This document shows, one piece after another, positions 9,387-18,244 of a stretch of 64,000 nt of DNA; the first letter of the stretch is position 1, and each line of letters begins with the position of its first letter. The translations under genes and the position numbers were made by a program. The stretch is from a virus, in the IMG/VR virus record IMGVR_UViG_3300036715_000363, positions 7,717 through 71,716 of that record. One strand, given 5' to 3'. The notes beneath the pieces are model-generated. The model was not told the origin of the DNA. It did not search any database and was given only the letters and a program-made list of their open reading frames with translations.

Positions 9387-11501
9387 TTAAGCCGCCATTG
9401 GAGCTTTTATAGTATCGCCTGAAGAATAATTTACTAATGAAATATCTTCTGGGTTGATACGTGTAAATACACCTTCAATTTCACTCAAGTCTGTAATAGG
9501 TTTAATATTATCAGATAAGAGTAATGTAGGTGGCACGTGTAATTGACGTGTTAACTGTTCTTCTAATGCTTCAAAGTGATTGCTATATAGGTGAGCATTA
9601 GCTGCTTGTATAATTACCTTACCAGCAGTAAGACCAGATAACCGACACATAATCTCTAAGAACAAAGCAGTGCTAGCTATGTTAAATGGAGCCCCTAAAA
9701 AGAGATCCCATGACATGGGTGTTCAAAATAGTTCGTTAGACTATCTCCGCCTAGTATGGTGAGTACTAGAACAGCTATATGTCGCCATATAGATCAGACT
9801 ATATCACAATCTTAATTTCTAAGATTCTTTTCTTTTCGGATCACTTGATCCTACTCTACTCCCTTATCTCTTTACAGAGTGGTTTCGATAGTCGTTGGGC
9901 TTTTAAAGTAAATAAGAGTAGTTTTTATATTTTTCTTTAATACTAGTAATTCTGTAAATTATTAATGCTGGAGAAACATTTAAATTTCTACTTGCATCTG
10001 TTACAGAATTATAAACAACATTATCAATCTTTACTTTCCTGGCATTAGTAGGTATCATATTTTTTGCTTTAATAGCATCTGATAATTTCTTCTTTGTTTC
10101 AGGAGTATGTTGTTTACCGTAAAATGGATTTAATTCACCTACTCTAAGTTTCGCTTGTTCAGAAATTTTAGTTCGTTGTTCATCAGTTAATGTCCAGGTA
10201 GTAGTATGCTTCTTACCAGTACGTGCTTCTGATAAACGTTTCTTAACTTCGGGAGTGTGTGTTTTACCATACATTCCATTGTTAGAACCTTTTCGACCAT
10301 ATATTAAAATTCTTTCTTCTTGCGTTAGCTTAGTTATTGTATCAGCTAAGGTATCTTTCATTTGGTTTATAATATTTTCTCTGTTTGGATGCAAAGTAAT
10401 ATTATCACCACCATAAACTCCTAAACCAATATTTAATAATGAGGGTGAATCTTTATTATTAATAATTAATTCTTGTTCAAGACTATAAGCAGCTTCTCTT
10501 GTTTCTGTTGGAAATATCCCTAGCTCTAAATTACATCTTCCCGTATTCCAAAGATTTTGTAAATTTAAATTCTGGTGAGCATTTCTATTGAGTGTCTGTA
10601 TATGTTCATTAAACCTATTATTAATATCCACTGAACTACCAATATAAAACTGACCAGTGTACGTGTCAGTTAAAACATAAGCACCAATAATACTCATACC
10701 GCACTCCTAATAAATTATAGACATACTATTAGGACTACCATTTAAATATTACTATTATTTACTTATTTAGCAACGGATTGTCTCTTAGAGAGTTTCCCGT
10801 TTTAGAAAAGTTTTTCAATTAGCATTACTGCTAAAAGCCGCTCAAGGTTAACGGATGGTCATTACGACATTCAATATACCGTTAGCTGGAATAAAACGAT
10901 AGTCCATATGACAAGCTGGTAAAGCTACTTTATCAATATCACCAGGATTCCAACCAGTAACAATAATACGACGATCACTAGGATTAGTAATAATAGTACG
11001 TAGAGCTACTTCTAGTTGGTTGATTGTTTTCTTATAAATAAGAACGTCTTTATTAGCTAGAAAAGGATCAATTTTTCTAGCAGCCAATATATATCCATAT
11101 TCCTCTAGATGAATAGCTGTATCTTCATCTTCACCAGATACCTCATAATAGTTATCCCACTCAGTCCACTGTTTACCATAAATAGGACCTAGATCATCTT
11201 CACCTTTACGGAAAGGATTATCTAACCATGCAGGAGTTTCATTAGCGTTCTGGTTCCATACATTGCATCCTAAGGCTCTGAAATCAGCAGCACTAGTATA
11301 TCCTCGAAAGAATCCTAATAGCTCACCCTTGACACCTTTAAAGGCTAATTTCTTAGTAGTTACAGCTGGGAACAAACCACTAGATAAATCAAACTCTACT
11401 TGAGCGCCTATTAATGTTCTACACGTGATATTTGTTCTGCTATTAAATATATCAATACCTTCATCACGACACTTAATCATTAAGTCTAAATAATTTCTCA
11501 T
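9387..11501 (-). CDS. thyA: thymidylate synthase, two exons (11501-10851 and 9713-9387)
   Basis: exon 1 has LGPIYG, SDRRII, LPACH and ends MTIR; exon 2 starts SWDLFLGAPFN; joining restores the RSxD motif. Confidence 0.93.
9714..10850 (-). mobile_element. group I intron in thyA
   Basis: P1 exon CCGU pairs intron GCGG (U-G at splice site); R-like CAACGACTA near 9890-9898, S-like GATATAGTC at 9797-9805; ends in G before exon 2. Confidence 0.88.
9903..10697 (-). CDS. intron-encoded GIY-YIG homing endonuclease (I-TevI-like)
   Basis: GAY...FYIGSS, R..EH, NUMOD3-type repeats MYGKTHTPE and FYGKQHTPE, C-terminal HTH. Confidence 0.9.
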   Translation of the reverse strand: MSIIGAYVLTDTYTGQFYIGSSVDINNRFNEHIQTLNRNAHQNLNLQNLWNTGRCNLELGIFPTETREAAYSLEQELIINNKDSPSLLNIGLGVYGGDNITLHPNRENIINQMKDTLADTITKLTQEERILIYGRKGSNNGMYGKTHTPEVKKRLSEARTGKKHTTTWTLTDEQRTKISEQAKLRVGELNPFYGKQHTPETKKKLSDAIKAKNMIPTNARKVKIDNVVYNSVTDASRNLNVSPALIIYRITSIKEKYKNYSYLL

Positions 11502-11590
11502 ACACTACTCCTTTTAAAATAATATTACTTCACTTTAACCATGACTTCAGTAAAAATACTAGGCATTTCAATTTTCTTCATATCGAACCT

Positions 11591-11920
11591 TTACTTATTT
11601 AATTTATTTAATTCAAATTGTCTAACCAATTCTTTATGTTTATCTTTACTAACATAAAAAGTAAAATCAAAAGTATTATTATTTATTAATGCAGTAATAA
11701 TAGTACGTGGTATAGGATTTTTAGTATCAGGAGATAAATATTCTATTGAAACACATTTGATAGCTTTAAAATCAAATGACACATCATCATTTATTTGTGG
11801 ATTATTTAATAGATTACGTAAATCTGAAACTTCTTTAGTTAACTCTTCACTGGTTTTTTCTAAATATTTTATACGATATTTAAGATATTTATATTCTTCA
11901 GTCATTGCTATTTTAAGCAT
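11591..11920 (-). CDS. hypothetical protein with N-terminal coiled coil
   Basis: 109-aa ORF. Confidence 0.6.
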   Translation of the reverse strand: MLKIAMTEEYKYLKYRIKYLEKTSEELTKEVSDLRNLLNNPQINDDVSFDFKAIKCVSIEYLSPDTKNPIPRTIITALINNNTFDFTFYVSKDKHKELVRQFELNKLNK

Positions 11921-11971
11921 TTATCTTTTACCTTTCTTTAATTTATTAGGTTGCATATTAACCCAACTCAT
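11920..11971. repeat. 52-bp direct repeat, copy 1
   Basis: matches 13495-13546 with one mismatch. Confidence 0.9.
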
Positions 11972-12100
11972 ATTTCTATTTTCAGCTTCATATATTTTAG
12001 TTGCAAATAAATCAAAAGCTAATGGCGTAGTAATATTAGTACCAGAATTAAAGCCAGAAACAATTACTCTAATAGCATCTACTACTTTGTGTTTATACAT
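11921..12100 (-). CDS. 59-aa hypothetical protein (not in ORF track)
   Basis: MYKHKVVDA...MSWVNMQPNKLKKGKR*, AAGGA SD, abuts next gene. Confidence 0.5.
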   Translation of the reverse strand: MYKHKVVDAIRVIVSGFNSGTNITTPLAFDLFATKIYEAENRNMSWVNMQPNKLKKGKR

Positions 12101-12334
12101 AATTTTATCCTTTTAATTTACTTTTAATAAATTTAATAAAATAATCTAAACCAATAAATACTGATGCAGAACCCATTAGAAAAGCATAACATAGAGCTAA
12201 ACCAATACCGGCATACATAGACCAAACTGATAATGCATTTAATATATCCATGATTTACTTTCTAAAGAAATATGTTTTCACTAAATTTAACTGCAGGTGC
12301 TAATATTCTTTCTTTCATTTACTAAATCCTTTAT

Positions 12335-12592
12335 TTAGAAAATAACTTTAAATTCATCAACAATAAAATAAAATACATTCGGTGTAATGTAAAATAATAT
12401 CCATGCATAACACGTAATAACTATTAGCATTAATATCCTGAACGATATACGTCTAAGACGTTTATTACTGTAGTATGTGCTATTGAAGTGTTTAAAATTT
12501 TCACTTAATTCAATATAAAGATTTAATACTACTAATGAAAATAATAATATCGTTACTATAATAACTGTTATTGCATTAAATGTTTCATTCAT
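12335..12592 (-). CDS. small two-TM membrane protein
   Basis: two hydrophobic segments. Confidence 0.55.
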   Translation of the reverse strand: MNETFNAITVIIVTILLFSLVVLNLYIELSENFKHFNSTYYSNKRLRRISFRILMLIVITCYAWILFYITPNVFYFIVDEFKVIF

Positions 12593-12602
12593 ATTTAATT
12601 TC

Positions 12603-12971
12603 CTAAATTTTTACTACATAGTAAGAAGTTCTCCTCTTTATTGCTAAATCTATCATGTGCTCAGTGCCTTTAGATTTACCATCCCAGAATGCTATTAAAT
12701 GAGTCGCTACTTTACTCATTTCAACATTGCGCGCATACCCTGCACCTTTACCTAAGTTATCCCAATCAGCTGGATATTCTTTACATGGTAAGTTATGCTC
12801 TTTACAGTAATTAATAATTAACCTATCAGCACCAGTTTTAGCAGCACCAGAAATAAATAATATTTTCTTATCTTTATTTCTTTCAATCATTCTACTAATA
12901 TAACCACTAAATGTAGCATAGTCATCGTAGTTACGACTACCAGCTACAATTATACACATGTCGTAATTCAT
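12603..12971 (-). CDS. SLOG/YspA-like (DUF2493-type) protein
   Basis: IIVAGSRNY, ISGAAKTGAD, AGYARN, FWDGKSKGT. Confidence 0.85.
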   Translation of the reverse strand: MNYDMCIIVAGSRNYDDYATFSGYISRMIERNKDKKILFISGAAKTGADRLIINYCKEHNLPCKEYPADWDNLGKGAGYARNVEMSKVATHLIAFWDGKSKGTEHMIDLAIKRRTSYYVVKI

Positions 12972-12993
12972 ATAAACTTTCCTTTAATAAATA

Positions 12994-13275
12994 TTATAAT
13001 CCACCAATTTTCTTATAATGTAATAATAATAAATCAATGATATCTGTATTTAATTTATTTTGCATTAAGAATAAATCTAATTCAGTTTGTGACATTTTGC
13101 CTTTATAATCAGTTACATCTACTGGTGGATTAAATCTATATTTTATTTCATTAAATAAAGTATCTATGTCAGCATTAGATAAAATTGTTTCTAAGTTTGA
13201 TGGAATATAATTTAACTTTCGTTTATTTTTAAGTTCCAATGCAGTTTGTTTAATAACTTTTTCATAAGCATCCAT
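12994..13275 (-). CDS. hypothetical protein
   Basis: 93-aa ORF with AAGGA SD. Confidence 0.6.
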   Translation of the reverse strand: MDAYEKVIKQTALELKNKRKLNYIPSNLETILSNADIDTLFNEIKYRFNPPVDVTDYKGKMSQTELDLFLMQNKLNTDIIDLLLLHYKKIGGL

Positions 13276-13293
13276 TTTAAAATTATCCTTTAA

Positions 13294-13482
13294 TTAATCA
13301 TTATTATCATATTCAGCTAATTCTAACTCTACTCTATCATTTTCAGCTTTAATACATTTATCACAAACATCATATAACACACCAGAACTACCTTCTTCAA
13401 AATCACGGTGTGGAGTAACTTCTACATTAGTACTTTTACACCAATCACAAGTAGATAATTCTTTACAATTTTTCTTATCCAT
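13294..13482 (-). CDS. small zinc-ribbon-like protein
   Basis: CDWC...CDKC, AGGAG SD. Confidence 0.6.
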   Translation of the reverse strand: MDKKNCKELSTCDWCKSTNVEVTPHRDFEEGSSGVLYDVCDKCIKAENDRVELELAEYDNND

Positions 13483-13494
13483 TATTACTACTCC

Positions 13495-13546
13495 TTTATC
13501 TTTTACCTTTCTTTAATTTATTAGGTTGCATATTTACCCAACTCAT
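13495..13546. repeat. 52-bp direct repeat, copy 2
   Basis: matches 11920-11971. Confidence 0.9.
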
Positions 13547-13558
13547 CTTACCAATATA

Positions 13559-13566
13559 GTTATATA
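13559..13566 (-). promoter_or_regulatory. early-type promoter core TATATAAC
   Basis: conserved intergenic motif. Confidence 0.65.
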
Positions 13567-13593
13567 TGACTACATAAAAATATGACCCACATT

Positions 13594-13633
13594 AAAAAAA
13601 ATATATTAGACTGGTGTAAGCCAGTCTAATATA
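13594..13633 (-). terminator. terminator of tas-like gene
   Basis: tatattagactgg/ccagtctaatata hairpin with A-run. Confidence 0.8.
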
Positions 13634-13643
13634 ACTTAATTAC

Positions 13644-14864
13644 TTATGCTACTTTTTTACCTTTATCAACAGATGCTATACCGTGAACCATACCAAGTTT
13701 TGCAACTGAGTATTCGTCAGCCACTGGTAAACCTTCTAAGGCACGCCATACAGCATACAGGTCAACTAAGAAGCGTTTGATCATGTAGCGTATTGCCATG
13801 TTGTGTTTATGTAAGTCAGTCTTTTCATCGTGTCTAGGGCTGTTATTTAAACGATGTTTATAGTCATAATAAATCTGACCATATTTACTATACTCAGTTT
13901 CAACAGCGTAACCACGACTCTTTAAGAAAGATGTTACTTCATAATCAATCTTATTATTAGAATCAGAATCATATTCAAAACCTAATGTAGTAGCCATCTC
14001 TAACCGCTTACCAGCTCCTAACTTTACACCATCTACCTTAGTAACACCGGTCCGTAAAAAGCTACCACCCAATACACCAACTAGCTTTGTCTTTAAGAAT
14101 GGATTGAAGGTTATAGAGTTACGCACTGCCATCTCACCGTCTTTAGATTTATACTCCACTTTTTCAAGACACCATTCTTTACGTGAACGACCGACACTAC
14201 TAAATGCAACTGGATAACGATCATGTGCTAACATTACTTTACCAAGGTTTTCTGGATTTGATTTAAACTGCGCAACTTCCCAACCTGGTATGACATGTTC
14301 TTTACCTAATTCATCGGTGTAATGACCAATTTCCACAGCATCTAATCCAGCATACTTCCACAGACTAGATGAATATTCTGCTGCCGCTATATCTATTTCA
14401 GATATAATCACACCAGCCATCTGTGGACCAATGCCCTCAATATTTGCTAGGAACTTATCATAGATAGGAACACCTTTTAAAGCATTACCTAACTGATTAA
14501 ACTGGGATTCTTCATTTTCAAGAATCTTCATGTAGTTGTCAACTAAGATAAGTTCACCATACTCAGTAATTAGATCATCACCTTTAAACTTTTTCATTGA
14601 AGGTAATTTACCAGACACAATACCCGTTTCTTCACTGAAGTTTTCTTCAATGATACCATCAGTTATGCGCTGGTAAGATTTGCGAAGCTTGGCTAGTAAT
14701 TTCTTACTCTCTTTATCCAGCTGTTCTTCAGTCATGCCGTTAGTTTCTAAACCTACCTTCACTTTGAAGATAGCGGTTACGCGGTTACCAGTTTGTATAC
14801 GTAACTTTTGCAAGTCATAAGTACCACGAACCATAGTGCGAATAAGTGAGTTAATTAATTCCAT
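13644..14864 (-). CDS. TIGR-associated Tas-like protein (IS110/Nop RNA-binding fold, no N-terminal nuclease; TasA-like)
   Basis: starts directly at coiled coil LIRTMVR..LQKLRIQTGNR; LANIEGIGPQMAGVIISEID..SSLWKYAGL; FNPFLK; YYDYKHRL..H.HNMAIRYMIKRFL.DLY..W; adjacent 36-nt dual-repeat array. Confidence 0.82.
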   Translation of the reverse strand: MELINSLIRTMVRGTYDLQKLRIQTGNRVTAIFKVKVGLETNGMTEEQLDKESKKLLAKLRKSYQRITDGIIEENFSEETGIVSGKLPSMKKFKGDDLITEYGELILVDNYMKILENEESQFNQLGNALKGVPIYDKFLANIEGIGPQMAGVIISEIDIAAAEYSSSLWKYAGLDAVEIGHYTDELGKEHVIPGWEVAQFKSNPENLGKVMLAHDRYPVAFSSVGRSRKEWCLEKVEYKSKDGEMAVRNSITFNPFLKTKLVGVLGGSFLRTGVTKVDGVKLGAGKRLEMATTLGFEYDSDSNNKIDYEVTSFLKSRGYAVETEYSKYGQIYYDYKHRLNNSPRHDEKTDLHKHNMAIRYMIKRFLVDLYAVWRALEGLPVADEYSVAKLGMVHGIASVDKGKKVA

Positions 14865-14915
14865 TTTACTACTCCTATAATAGACTCAATACAAAATTGT
14901 ATTAACATCATAGTA

Positions 14916-14923
14916 GTTATATA
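14916..14923 (-). promoter_or_regulatory. early-type promoter of tas-like gene
   Basis: TATATAAC core in conserved context. Confidence 0.7.
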
Positions 14924-14945
14924 TGACTAAATATTAATAGAATAT

Positions 14946-14980
14946 AAAAAAAATAGAGACCATTACAGTCTCTATTTTTT
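14946..14980 (-). terminator. terminator closing the array transcript
   Basis: aaaaaatagagac-cattaca-gtctctatttttt hairpin. Confidence 0.8.
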
Positions 14981-15378
14981 ATACTTTGGATCATTGGGTT
15001 ACTACGTTTCCGTGATACATTAGTGATTATTGGGTTACTTTCTTTGTTTGATACACTAATAAAACTTGGTTTACTTTGCCTGGGTGATACATTAGACAGT
15101 TTTGGTTTACTTAAATTTTCTGATACATTTAAAGCTGTTGGTTTACTTTTTAGATTTGATACACTATTTTAAAATGGTTTACTTCTCTTGGTTGATACAT
15201 TTTTTGATTCTGGTTTACTCTTCTTGAATGATGCACTAATTTCCAATGGTTTACTTAGCCCTTTTTGATACACTATTATTTTTTGGGTTACTTATTTCTT
15301 CAGATACACTATCTTTAATTGGGTTACTTCCATTGCTTGATACACTATTAATACCTGGGTTACATTGATTTACTGATA
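14981..15378 (-). ncRNA. TIGR-type guide-RNA array, 11 units of 36 nt
   Basis: plus strand TGG(G/T)TTACT at 14995,15031,15067,15103,15139,15175,15211,15247,15284,15320,15356 alternating with TGATACA(C/T)T at 15013,15049,15085,15121,15157,15193,15229,15266,15302,15338 and partial 15374; 22 unique spacers of 9 nt (one of 10). Confidence 0.88.
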
Positions 15379-15413
15379 AAAATATAATACATTTCTGTAG
15401 TATATTCATAGTA

Positions 15414-15421
15414 GTTATATA
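15414..15421 (-). promoter_or_regulatory. early-type promoter of the array
   Basis: TATATAAC core about 35 nt upstream of first unit. Confidence 0.7.
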
Positions 15422-15445
15422 TGGTTATATTTATTTAGAAACAAC

Positions 15446-15474
15446 TAAATAGAGGGCACTACACCCTCTATTTA
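15446..15474 (-). terminator. hairpin/terminator upstream of array promoter
   Basis: taaatagaggg/ccctctattta. Confidence 0.6.
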
Positions 15475-15525
15475 TTATGCACGTTCAGCTATTCCTTTGT
15501 GCATTAAAATAAAAAATAATAATAT

Positions 15526-16821
15526 TTATTTTGATTTAACTACTAACTCAATATTTCTAATACCCTGCTCCACTATATTTAAAGCCTTGGCTGTATTACC
15601 ACGACTAAAGTTAAATGATGAAGCTGATGTATTATAAATAATAATTGATGAGCGTAACATTAATCTATAGCTTGCTAATAAATATTTAATTAACAGATCA
15701 GCTAAAAAAGGTATACTTAGGATAGCATCAGCAAATATATCGTGTGCACCATATCTAGATAAATGCGTAATTAAGGTATTATATTCTCTACTAGCGGCAA
15801 TAGTATCATCTACAGTATCTAATATTTTAATTAAATAATCTATATCAACATCTTTAAATAAAACATGGTCTGAAAATATTGGTAAACCAAATTTATCTTT
15901 ACGTACTACAGTCATATAAAAATTTTCATACTGTTGTTTTAAACTATCAATATTATCTAATTTATAACTACCGTTTAAAGGCGTATCTATTTCTAAACTA
16001 CTTAAACCTAATAATACATCAGATACATAAAAATTATTTTCTGGTGTAGAATTAATCTTCTTAACAGAAGGTAGTTTAATAGAACCTAAAATTAAATGTT
16101 CTAAAGACTTAAACATTTTTACAAAGTTATCATTATATCCAGTAACAGGTGATAATAAAGTTTTTATAGAACTAAGAAAATCATCTTTAGTAAACTTACC
16201 AGTTAATCGTAATAATCCTGTTGAAAAATTACTTGCTGTTTTAAGTTCTTTTAAATATTCATCTTTACCAGTAACTGCTTTACCTTCAGATCCAACTCTA
16301 CAGTTTTTAGTAACTCGTACATTAAAACTAGCTTTAGATTTATATGACTTTAATTCATTTAAGCGAATGCGTAATCTAGCAGATTTTCTATTCTGAAATT
16401 GAATGAATACATAATTGGCTTGTGAGTTATCTACCATTTTCTTAATAACATTACCTAAAGAACTACCTACAGACTTTATAGCACCAAAAATTACTTCACC
16501 TAATTCTTCTGTACTTATTACTTCAATAGAATTATCTTCAAAAGATTTTACACTATTAGTAATAACTCCATTCATACTTAATATACGTAAATCACCTTGT
16601 ATATCTTCTTTAGATATAGTTAATGAATTATTATTAGTGCCATTTATATAAACTTCATATAAATTTTCTATAGCTATTAAGTTATTTTCAGTATCTGTAG
16701 ATATACTATCAATATCATTATTAATTAAATCGTTATTATTAGATATCTGGTTTAATTCATCATCATAATCTAAACTATCAATTATTGTTGGATCTATTTC
16801 TTCTAAAACTATATCATTCAT
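15526..16821 (-). CDS. putative internal head/virion protein
   Basis: acidic N-terminal region with A/S-X-E sites (AIE, SKE, SFE, STE) followed by amphipathic helix, as in 42822 and 44237. Confidence 0.55.
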   Translation of the reverse strand: MNDIVLEEIDPTIIDSLDYDDELNQISNNNDLINNDIDSISTDTENNLIAIENLYEVYINGTNNNSLTISKEDIQGDLRILSMNGVITNSVKSFEDNSIEVISTEELGEVIFGAIKSVGSSLGNVIKKMVDNSQANYVFIQFQNRKSARLRIRLNELKSYKSKASFNVRVTKNCRVGSEGKAVTGKDEYLKELKTASNFSTGLLRLTGKFTKDDFLSSIKTLLSPVTGYNDNFVKMFKSLEHLILGSIKLPSVKKINSTPENNFYVSDVLLGLSSLEIDTPLNGSYKLDNIDSLKQQYENFYMTVVRKDKFGLPIFSDHVLFKDVDIDYLIKILDTVDDTIAASREYNTLITHLSRYGAHDIFADAILSIPFLADLLIKYLLASYRLMLRSSIIIYNTSASSFNFSRGNTAKALNIVEQGIRNIELVVKSK

Positions 16822-16838
16822 AATAATACTTTCCTTAC

Positions 16839-17006
16839 TTAATCGTTAAATTTTAAATGTTTATTTGATGTTACTTCTTTTGGTAGCTTGCCAGTAGCAT
16901 ATGAAGTTTTGGTAGAAGTTTGACAAATTTTAATTGCTTCTGGTTTAGTTCTACCTGTCTTCATTACTGCTTCCACACATTTAGATACTTTAGTTCCTTC
17001 CGGCAT
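16839..17006 (-). CDS. 55-aa basic protein (not in ORF track)
   Basis: MPEGTKVSKCVEAVMK..., AAGGA SD, fills gap. Confidence 0.5.
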   Translation of the reverse strand: MPEGTKVSKCVEAVMKTGRTKPEAIKICQTSTKTSYATGKLPKEVTSNKHLKFND

Positions 17007-17022
17007 TATATATTATCCTTTA

Positions 17023-17754
17023 TTAATTAAAGTATTTTTCATATTTATTCATTCTTAAATATCTTACACTCGATACGTGGGTTCTATTTATATCGCAGGC
17101 GCTTCTATTTCCATAGATTACTTTCTTACTTTTAGAACAGGTAACTTCCACATTCTTAAACCATATTTGTGGATTACAATTTCTAGTTAGCCCACATAAA
17201 CGTCTATCTTTATTTAAACCACCCATACCGCCATTATAAGCTGCATCAGCAAAGTTAATTCTTTCTGCTGTATCAGATACATTATAGAGTGTTTTATAAT
17301 TATCTCTAGTCATTAAAATGATAGATCTAATTTGTAAGTCTGGTCTCTGTATTATATTTGACCAAGACATTTCTTTTAATTCAGCATAATGTCTTCGTCT
17401 TAAATCAGCTAAGTTATCACCACGCACAGTACCATTAGCAGCATAAGAGACCGTGAGTTGTCCTAAACCTGCGCCAAATTCTCGACTAGTCTTTAATTGA
17501 GAGGTAGGACTCCAGCATCTAGAATTAGTTAAACTAATACAAGATTCTTGTTCAATTAAACCACCTAGATACCAAGGAGTAGGTAATTCACTAAAATATA
17601 ATTTTTGTTCCTTAACTACTACTGGTAATAATGGTATTGCTTTAGCTGGTATATATGTCTTTACATCTACTGCTTTTGCATCTCTAACATTAATTAAAGA
17701 CAGAAGTGTATATAAAAACAAACTAATAATAACTATAATTTTCCAATTAAACAT
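17023..17754 (-). CDS. lytic transglycosylase-type endolysin with N-terminal TM/signal
   Basis: IEQES, GLGQLT, AAYNGG motifs; hydrophobic N-terminus. Confidence 0.85.
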   Translation of the reverse strand: MFNWKIIVIISLFLYTLLSLINVRDAKAVDVKTYIPAKAIPLLPVVVKEQKLYFSELPTPWYLGGLIEQESCISLTNSRCWSPTSQLKTSREFGAGLGQLTVSYAANGTVRGDNLADLRRRHYAELKEMSWSNIIQRPDLQIRSIILMTRDNYKTLYNVSDTAERINFADAAYNGGMGGLNKDRRLCGLTRNCNPQIWFKNVEVTCSKSKKVIYGNRSACDINRTHVSSVRYLRMNKYEKYFN

Positions 17755-18089
17755 TAGCTAGATACTGCCGCGAATACTAGAATTGAAATAGCTACCATTA
17801 TTAGACCAAAGCCAATAACTGCTAACCCAGCACCATTAGAACTCTCTAGAGCTTTCTTTATTAATACTTGTAAATCAGCTTCTGGATAATCCATTAAAGC
17901 TTTTCTAGACATATGCAGAATAGCCGTATAGATAACAGTCTTTGATAAAAAAAGAATCATTGCTACAGTACTAGCACCAAACTCTAATTGCTTAATTAAA
18001 CCAAAATCAGGGTCAGTAGCTACCCATAAAGCAATAACTAATAATGTACCAACAAACATATAGATGTTACGAAAGCGATATTTATTCAT
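17754..18089 (-). CDS. putative holin
   Basis: three TM segments, coupled to endolysin. Confidence 0.6.
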   Translation of the reverse strand: MNKYRFRNIYMFVGTLLVIALWVATDPDFGLIKQLEFGASTVAMILFLSKTVIYTAILHMSRKALMDYPEADLQVLIKKALESSNGAGLAVIGFGLIMVAISILVFAAVSS

Positions 18090-18244
18090 TTAAAACTCCT
18101 AAGTTATATTACATTAACAACAATAAAAAGAATCAACTTCATAGTCACAGCTAAAAAATGATAATCGGTCTGCTTCTATATTAAATATTTGATACCTCAT
18201 TTGAATCTCCTTAAAAAAAAATAATACTTCAAATGATTGGGGTT

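Noticed and set aside
13644-14864. Ordinary IS110 transposase/insertion sequence
   Set aside because: No DEDD RuvC domain; under a phage early promoter; flanked by a multi-unit array rather than one bridge RNA
14981-15378. CRISPR array
   Set aside because: Two alternating 9-nt repeats and 9-nt spacers are far too short; no cas genes in the window
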